Source of the DNA: Thermoanaerobaculia bacterium
GTDB lineage: Bacteria; Acidobacteriota; Thermoanaerobaculia; Gp7-AA8
Length of the DNA: 64,000 nt
Direction of reading: 5' to 3'
Assembly (NCBI GenBank): GCA_035516895.1
Contig: DATIZY010000017.1
Location: 3,472-67,471, forward strand
Below, piece after piece: positions 57,197-64,000 of this stretch (within the stretch, counting starts at the first letter, position 1; every line of letters starts with the position of its first letter). The notes under the pieces are model-generated. The model was not told the origin of the DNA and did no database searches. It saw only the letters and a program-made list of their open reading frames with translations. The position numbers and the translations under genes were made by a program.

Positions 57197-57730
57197 TTAC
57201 AACCTCAAAATCAATTTCGTCATGTCGTGCTGATTGCCGTCGGGATCGGTTCCGTAACCGGGCTGGGGGAACGCCTTGAATCCGAGGTTCTCGAGCGTTC
57301 GGACGGCGTCGGCCTCGAGGTCGGAGATCAGCATCGCATTGACGTGGCGCAGGCCGCGGTCGCGTGCGATATCGATCAGGTGATTCACGAGCAGGGTGCC
57401 GAGGCCGCGGCCGCGGAATTGCGGGTTGAGCATCCATTTGATTCTGCCGACGAGGCGCAGCGGTCCGCCGAGCCGGTGCAGCGTCGCGTCGGCGAGGATC
57501 TCGTTTCCCTTTAGCGCGAGAAGCGGGAACACCTTTGCAAAGTCGATGTTCTGTCCCCACTGCTCGATGAGCGCGCGGTTGTCGACCATGTCCCAGGCGA
57601 AGCGTTTGTAATTGTCCGGCAGTCGGTGAAAAAAGTCGTAGAGCGCATCGACGTCATGCTCGCCGAACGGCCGGAGCATGACGCGCGTACCGTCGCGGAG
57701 GACGGCTTCCTGCGGATAGCGATGCAGCAT
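57197..57730 (-). CDS. GNAT-family N-acetyltransferase
   Basis: Acetyl-CoA binding motif A (RGRGLGTLLVNHLIDIAR) and overall GNAT fold. Separated by 2 nt from the downstream AIM24 gene. Confidence 0.7.
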   Translation of the reverse strand: MLHRYPQEAVLRDGTRVMLRPFGEHDVDALYDFFHRLPDNYKRFAWDMVDNRALIEQWGQNIDFAKVFPLLALKGNEILADATLHRLGGPLRLVGRIKWMLNPQFRGRGLGTLLVNHLIDIARDRGLRHVNAMLISDLEADAVRTLENLGFKAFPQPGYGTDPDGNQHDMTKLILRL

Positions 57731-57751
57731 CTCTCGCCCGCGCATTGTAGT

Positions 57752-58795
57752 GGGGTCAGAGCTGTACTTGTGATTTTTCTACGATGCGTAGAGTGCCGAA
57801 AGTGCCGAGGTACTCTCGGTCGCTATGTCACGACCGCTTCGACTCGAATTTCCCGGCTCCGTTCACCACGTCACCTCTCGCGGCAATGCGCGTCAATGCA
57901 TCTTCTTCGACGACGCCGATCGCGAATGCTTTCTCGATCTGCTCGGCACTGCGGTCAAACGTTTCGACTGGATCGTGACCGCGTACGTGCTGATGTCGAA
58001 TCATTTTCATTTCGTCGCTCAACTGACGGATGAGAATCTCTCGCGCGGCATGCAGTGGCTGAACGCGCAATACGCGGCGGCGTTCAATCGCGATCATGGC
58101 CGCTCCGGACATGTGCTCCAGGGACGGCCTGACATCCGGCTCATCGATCACGAAACGTACGCGCTCGAGGTGCTGCGCTACGTTGTGCTGAATCCGGTTC
58201 GCGCGCGCATGGTCCGTAAGCCGGAGTACTACGAGTGGAGCAGCCATCGCGCGGTGCTCGGGGTCGCGACGGCTCCGGAGTGGCTGGCGGTCGACGACGT
58301 GCTTATGCAGTTCGGATCGGAGCGCGACCTCGCTCGCGCCGCCTATCGCGAGTTCGTCGATGCGGCGATCGGATCGACGGAATCGCCCTGGGCGAACCTC
58401 GTCGGACAGATGTACCTCGGCAGTGAAGGGTGGATGCAGCGCGTGCGCGAACGCGTCGATCTGAAGCCGCGCTCTTCCGATCATCGGCGATCGCAGCGGT
58501 TCCTTCCATCGGCAACCATGGCAGAGATCATCCGGCGCGTGGCCGAAGCCTTTTCGATCGAGGAGACCCAGATCCGTTTTGGACGCGGCGGTCTGGCGCG
58601 GACCGTTGCGGCCTGGGTCGCCTGGCACGAGGGTCAGCTCACGGCGACCGAGATTGCTGCCGGCCTTCGGTTTCGCTGTGCGGGTTATGTCGCTCGGCTC
58701 GTACGGCGCTGTGAGCGGGAGCTGACGCGCGATGCCAGGCTTCAGCAGATCGTCTCTACGATTTGTAGAAAAATCACAAGTACAGCTCTGACCCC
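57752..58795 (+). mobile_element. 1044-bp element bounded by ~42-bp terminal inverted repeats (GGGGTCAGAGCTGTACTTGTGATTTTTCTAC...TAGAG) carrying a REP-associated tyrosine transposase-like gene
   Basis: Left IR 57752..57793 and right IR 58754..58795 are reverse complements: 31 nt perfect, a 6-nt mismatch block, then 5 nt perfect. A possible TAGT direct repeat flanks both ends. Confidence 0.65.
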
Positions 58796-58799
58796 CTAG
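57825..58799 (+). CDS. REP-associated tyrosine transposase-like protein (HuH Y1 transposase domain plus C-terminal DnaA-like HTH)
   Basis: Matches the RAYT-like family: HHVTSRGNARQCIF, the HuH motif region YVLMSNHFHFV, and GHVLQGR ... YVVLNPVRA. The C-terminal ~90 aa resemble the DnaA C-terminal helix-turn-helix. The last codons lie inside the right inverted repeat. Confidence 0.75.
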   Translation: MSRPLRLEFPGSVHHVTSRGNARQCIFFDDADRECFLDLLGTAVKRFDWIVTAYVLMSNHFHFVAQLTDENLSRGMQWLNAQYAAAFNRDHGRSGHVLQGRPDIRLIDHETYALEVLRYVVLNPVRARMVRKPEYYEWSSHRAVLGVATAPEWLAVDDVLMQFGSERDLARAAYREFVDAAIGSTESPWANLVGQMYLGSEGWMQRVRERVDLKPRSSDHRRSQRFLPSATMAEIIRRVAEAFSIEETQIRFGRGGLARTVAAWVAWHEGQLTATEIAAGLRFRCAGYVARLVRRCERELTRDARLQQIVSTICRKITSTALTP

Positions 58800-59791
58800 T
58801 CGTCGAGGGCGCCGTCGGGGAGGGCAACGCGGCGCCCGCTGATCGCTGCAACGATACGCGGCACGTGCACATGGCACGTCTCGACGATCACGCTCACCTT
58901 TCGCGGCGGCGTCCCGGCGACGGCCGTGCCGGCGATGAAGACGCCCGGCACGTTCGTCTCCATCGTCTCGGGATCGTGCAGCGGCGCGCGCTCGGGGCCC
59001 CGCAGCTGCACGCCTAACATCTCGAACAGCGTCGGATCCTGACGGTATCCCGTCATCAGCAGCACGAAATCAAACGGGAGCTCTTTCCCGGACAGAACGA
59101 CCGAATCGGGACGGATCGCGTCGACGCATGTTCGCGGCAGAAAGCGCACATGGCCGTCGCGAACGAGCGCGCGAACTTCGGGCAGCAGCCAGAACTTGAC
59201 GACTTTCGGATCGAAGTCGTCGCCGCGATAGCTGAGGGTGACGTCGGCTCCGGCGCGATGGCAGCGCACCGCCGCCTCCACCGCCGAGTTTCGCCCGCCG
59301 ACGACCAGCAGCCGCTTGCCGAAATACTTGTGCGGATCGCCGAGGTAGTGCGAGACGTGCGGGAGGTCCTCGCCGGGGACGTCGATCAGCCGCGGCGCGT
59401 GAAATGCGCCGATTGCCAGCACCACCACTTCGACGCGAATGCGGGCCCGGGTCGTCTCCAGCTCGAAGCCGCCGGGCCTCTTCTGAATGTCGACGACGCG
59501 CTCATACGTCCGGACTGTCAGGCCGAAATGCTGGACGAGCGCGCGGAGGTAGGCGAGGAACTCCTCGCGCGTGATCTTCTGCTGATTCGCCGTCTGGATC
59601 GGCATGCCGGCGAGCGCGAGCCGGTCGGAGCTCGAATGAAAGAGCATCAGCGGCGGATACCACTCGATCGTCGAGCCGATCTGCGCGGCGTCGAGCTGCA
59701 CGTAGTCGATGCCCGCTTGCTTCAACGCGACGGCGAGCTCGAGTCCGATCGGCCCCGCGCCGATCACCGCAACAGGATGCGACTCGATCAT
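58796..59791 (-). CDS. FAD-dependent pyridine nucleotide-disulfide oxidoreductase (YpdA / thioredoxin-reductase-like)
   Basis: N-terminal dinucleotide fold VAVIGAGPIGLELA, a second Rossmann motif LLVVGGRNSAVEAA, and C-terminal GVFIAGTAV. 331 aa. Confidence 0.75.
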   Translation of the reverse strand: MIESHPVAVIGAGPIGLELAVALKQAGIDYVQLDAAQIGSTIEWYPPLMLFHSSSDRLALAGMPIQTANQQKITREEFLAYLRALVQHFGLTVRTYERVVDIQKRPGGFELETTRARIRVEVVVLAIGAFHAPRLIDVPGEDLPHVSHYLGDPHKYFGKRLLVVGGRNSAVEAAVRCHRAGADVTLSYRGDDFDPKVVKFWLLPEVRALVRDGHVRFLPRTCVDAIRPDSVVLSGKELPFDFVLLMTGYRQDPTLFEMLGVQLRGPERAPLHDPETMETNVPGVFIAGTAVAGTPPRKVSVIVETCHVHVPRIVAAISGRRVALPDGALDD

Positions 59792-60249
59792 GTGCTCATG
59801 CCCAGCTCGCGCAGCACGCTGACTTTTGCGTCGATCATGACGTGATGCTCGAGACCGAGAAGGTCGGCGAGCTTGCGGACGAGGTAGTTCTCGTAGTCCG
59901 TCAGCTTGCGGTCGGAGTAGACGATGCGCCACATCGTCCTGACGATCTCGATGCGCTCGGCGAGCGACGAGTTCTTGCGAATATAATTCGTGAGCGCGAA
60001 GTGATCGATCGTCCGGCCCCGCAGCTCGTCGGCCTGCGCGATCAGCATGCGCGCGTCGTCGTCGCTCAGTGTGAACGCGCCCTTCAGAAACCCGACTACG
60101 TCTCCATCCTCGGCCGGCGAGAACTGGCCGTCGGCATATGCGATCTCGAGGAGGACCGCGGCGGTGGCGAGGCGCAGCGGGTCCTGGCGCGGGCCGCTTT
60201 CTTCGGCGCGGCTCTTGAACACCTGCATCAGTTTTGCGAAGCTCACCAC
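59788..60249 (-). CDS. TerB-family (tellurite-resistance-like) protein
   Basis: TerB-like helical pattern (AAVLLEIAYADGQFSPAEDGDV ... ERIEIVRTMWRIVYSDRKLTDYENYLVRKLADLLGL). Its stop overlaps the oxidoreductase start (ATGA). Confidence 0.6.
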   Translation of the reverse strand: MVSFAKLMQVFKSRAEESGPRQDPLRLATAAVLLEIAYADGQFSPAEDGDVVGFLKGAFTLSDDDARMLIAQADELRGRTIDHFALTNYIRKNSSLAERIEIVRTMWRIVYSDRKLTDYENYLVRKLADLLGLEHHVMIDAKVSVLRELGMST

Positions 60250-60263
60250 TGGAGTTTAAACGA

Positions 60264-60740
60264 ATGCCTCGCGTCGACATTTCGCATCTTCCCGACGACT
60301 CCCGCATCTGGATCTTCGGCATCTCGCCCGCGCTCGACGATCGCAAATCCGCGCGTCTCACGGCCGAGGTCGATTCGTTCCTCGACCGCTGGGCCGCGCA
60401 CGGCCAGCCGATCGTCTCCGCGCGCGATCTGCTGCACGGCAGCTTTCTCGTCATCGCGGTCGATCGTCGGTCGGAGACCTCCGGCTGCTCGATCGATCGA
60501 ATGTTCGGACTTCTGCAACAGCTCGAGCGCGAGCTCGGCGTCTCGATCCTCGATGCCAATCGCGTCTTCTACCGCGGCGGCGATGGCGCCGTGCTTGCGA
60601 TGAGCCGCGCGCATTTTCGAGACAGCGGCGACCGCCACACGGTTGTGTTCGACACGATCGCGGAGCGGCTGAGTGCGGTTCGGAGCGGCGCCTGGGAGCG
60701 CGCCGCCGAAGCGTCGTGGCATCGCGCGTTGCTGGCGTGA
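60264..60740 (+). CDS. Hypothetical protein
   Basis: Protein-like ORF divergent from the TerB-like gene. No family recognised. Confidence 0.35.
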   Translation: MPRVDISHLPDDSRIWIFGISPALDDRKSARLTAEVDSFLDRWAAHGQPIVSARDLLHGSFLVIAVDRRSETSGCSIDRMFGLLQQLERELGVSILDANRVFYRGGDGAVLAMSRAHFRDSGDRHTVVFDTIAERLSAVRSGAWERAAEASWHRALLA

Positions 60741-60767
60741 AATCAGACACTTCGGTGAGCACTGCCC

Positions 60768-61316
60768 TTGCAAAAGATCAGCAGCGTGAGCACTGCCCTG
60801 CCAAAGAAGCCCCCGCTTCTGATCGTCGACGACGACAAGGCCGTCGCCCGCCTTCTCGCGCGCGTCGCCGAGCGCGCGGGCTTCGACGCCGACGTCGCGA
60901 AGGACGGGGTGCAGGCGGTGGAAATGCTCGACAAGAAGCCGTACGACATCGCCATCATCGACCTGATGATGCCGCGCATGAGCGGCTACGACCTCGTGCA
61001 GAAGATCAGCACATTGCAGCCGCGGCCCGTCGTGCTCGTGGCCACCGCGCTGATGAACGGCGACGTCGCCAGCCTCGACGATTCGATGGTCCGGCGCGTC
61101 ATCAAGAAACCGTTTGATATCAATGCAGTCGCCGAAGCGCTGATCGAGACCGCGCGCGAGGTCGCCGAGCGGCGCGCTGCGACGCCGCTCCCGTCGGTCA
61201 CGGTGATCGCCGGGAATGCGACGATCATCGCGAAGGAAGCAAACGTCGTCGTGCCTCCGCCGGACGAAACGACCCCCGACGACTCAGCCGCGCCGCCACC
61301 CGAAAAAACGAAGTAG
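60768..61316 (+). CDS. Single-domain response regulator (CheY-like receiver)
   Basis: LLIVDDD, phosphoacceptor region DIAIIDLMMP, T/S and K positions (VLVATALM ... KKPF). Confidence 0.7.
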   Translation: MQKISSVSTALPKKPPLLIVDDDKAVARLLARVAERAGFDADVAKDGVQAVEMLDKKPYDIAIIDLMMPRMSGYDLVQKISTLQPRPVVLVATALMNGDVASLDDSMVRRVIKKPFDINAVAEALIETAREVAERRAATPLPSVTVIAGNATIIAKEANVVVPPPDETTPDDSAAPPPEKTK

Positions 61317-61327
61317 CGCCCGACGCA

Positions 61328-62224
61328 TCAGCGCCGGTCGTGGTGCTTGTGCTGGTCCTTGTCGTCGCCGTGGTGACCGTTGCTGTCCTTGTGCTGGTTC
61401 TTGTCGTCCTGGTGCGAATGCTGGCCGTGTTGATCGTGCGTCGAGTGGTGGACCGTCTGGTGATGCTCGTGGACCGGCCCTGAATAGCGGTGCAAGTCGT
61501 AATGGTGCACGTAGGTCCTGCGGTTCACCCACGTGCGACGCCACGGCGCGTTGTTGATGTAGACGACGTGCGTGCCCCAGCCGAAGCGGCTCGTGCCCCA
61601 GCCCCATGGCGAGAAGACGGCGCCGAGGGTCACGCCGGCGCTGAAGCGGATGGCGGCGCCGATCGTGAAGCCGTGTCGCGGCGGCGCGTACACGATCACC
61701 GGATCGTACGACGGCACGACGATATAGTCGCGCCGCGCCGGCACGATCTCGATGTACGGTCCGCTGTTGACGACGATGTCGCTGTTGGATCGCAGGTAGC
61801 CGTACTCGTAGGCCCGATGCCGCATTCGCTGCACGGCATCCATCACCTGCGTGGGTTGCGCGAGAAACGCCTCGCCGAGCCGCTGCGTCCAGTCGGGATC
61901 CGAAGCCATCGTCTCGAGCACGGACGGGAACGGCAGCAACGCCTGAACGCTCGGGTCCCACGGCAGCTGATCCTCGGAGATGGCAGCTATCAGCGCCTCG
62001 CCGTGAAGACCGTGGTGGTCGTCGGCCCAGTTGGCAGCGTCGGGAATCTGATCCCAGTATGTCGAAGCGGTCAGAATCTGGGCGAGCAGCGGATCGGGAT
62101 CGAGCGCAACGCGCGAGACGATGTCATCGAGCTCGCGCGGGGAGAAGGATGGCGCCGGAGGACCGCTGACCGCGAACGCCTGAACGGCAATGAATAGAAG
62201 GGACATCGAGAGTACAGATCGCAT
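61328..62224 (-). CDS. Secreted hypothetical protein with His-rich C-terminal tail
   Basis: Signal peptide MRSVLSMSLLFIAVQAFA. The C-terminus HHYDLHRYSGPVHEHHQTVHHSTHDQHGQHSHQDDKNQHKDSNGHHGDDKDQHKHHD is extremely His/Asp-rich. Confidence 0.5.
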   Translation of the reverse strand: MRSVLSMSLLFIAVQAFAVSGPPAPSFSPRELDDIVSRVALDPDPLLAQILTASTYWDQIPDAANWADDHHGLHGEALIAAISEDQLPWDPSVQALLPFPSVLETMASDPDWTQRLGEAFLAQPTQVMDAVQRMRHRAYEYGYLRSNSDIVVNSGPYIEIVPARRDYIVVPSYDPVIVYAPPRHGFTIGAAIRFSAGVTLGAVFSPWGWGTSRFGWGTHVVYINNAPWRRTWVNRRTYVHHYDLHRYSGPVHEHHQTVHHSTHDQHGQHSHQDDKNQHKDSNGHHGDDKDQHKHHDRR

Positions 62225-62325
62225 CCGCGCAGGATACACAACTGCCGGGTTCGCTTGCAGCGCGGAGCGCCGCAGTTATCAGTCCGGCGGGCTGAGAGGC
62301 CGCCGCTCCACTGAAGGCGCCGCCG

Positions 62326-64000
<1,675 letters not shown>

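Overview
High-GC (~68%) bacterial chromosomal window; the gene content (giant Ig-repeat surface proteins, fused transmembrane/spermidine-synthase-like protein, many secreted hypotheticals) is compatible with Acidobacteria-like soil bacteria, but that attribution is only an inference. About 60 protein-coding genes are supported. Housekeeping genes recognised with confidence: Fpg/Nei DNA glycosylase, PilT, RecX, AlaS, methylmalonyl-CoA mutase catalytic subunit, prephenate dehydratase, FtsK, EF-P, Kup, a Cys/Met-metabolism PLP enzyme, agmatinase-family ureohydrolase, and the C-terminal part of 2-oxoglutarate dehydrogenase E1 (runs off the window end). The window also holds a cell-surface operon on the minus strand: esterase, then an 1865-aa giant Ig-repeat protein, then a PQ-repeat protein, then a small anchored protein. 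There is an exopolysaccharide-modification cluster (GT family 1 glycosyltransferase, pyruvyl transferase, sulfotransferase, Wzx-like flippase, divergent deacetylase), a K+ uptake pair (APC-family/KimA-like transporter plus Kup), c-di-GMP signalling proteins, and a REP-associated tyrosine transposase-like gene (HuH Y1) bounded by ~42-bp terminal inverted repeats. The most striking observation is an AhpD/carboxymuconolactone-decarboxylase-family gene (274..830, minus strand) interrupted by a single in-frame TGA exactly at the second cysteine of the redox CxxC motif (CEF-TGA). A GGUC-loop hairpin sits 12 nt downstream with the same spacing as the E. coli fdhF SECIS, and protein-like sequence continues for ~100 codons, which makes it a candidate selenoprotein. 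Other notable signals: a (GAATTTC)5 / (GAAATYC)3 inverted tandem-repeat structure in a divergent promoter region; a perfect 158-bp (GGYTGY)n hexanucleotide microsatellite encoding (PQ)26; a candidate Phe-leader-peptide attenuator upstream of pheA; and a 'GTTGTCAGTTGTCA' palindrome recurring at two intergenic sites 3–5 kb upstream of the RAYT-like gene. Many long antisense 'shadow' ORFs typical of high-GC DNA were ignored. No rRNA or CRISPR arrays were seen, and no tRNA genes were recognised by eye. Start coordinates were derived by frame arithmetic from the ORF track and may be off where alternative start codons exist.
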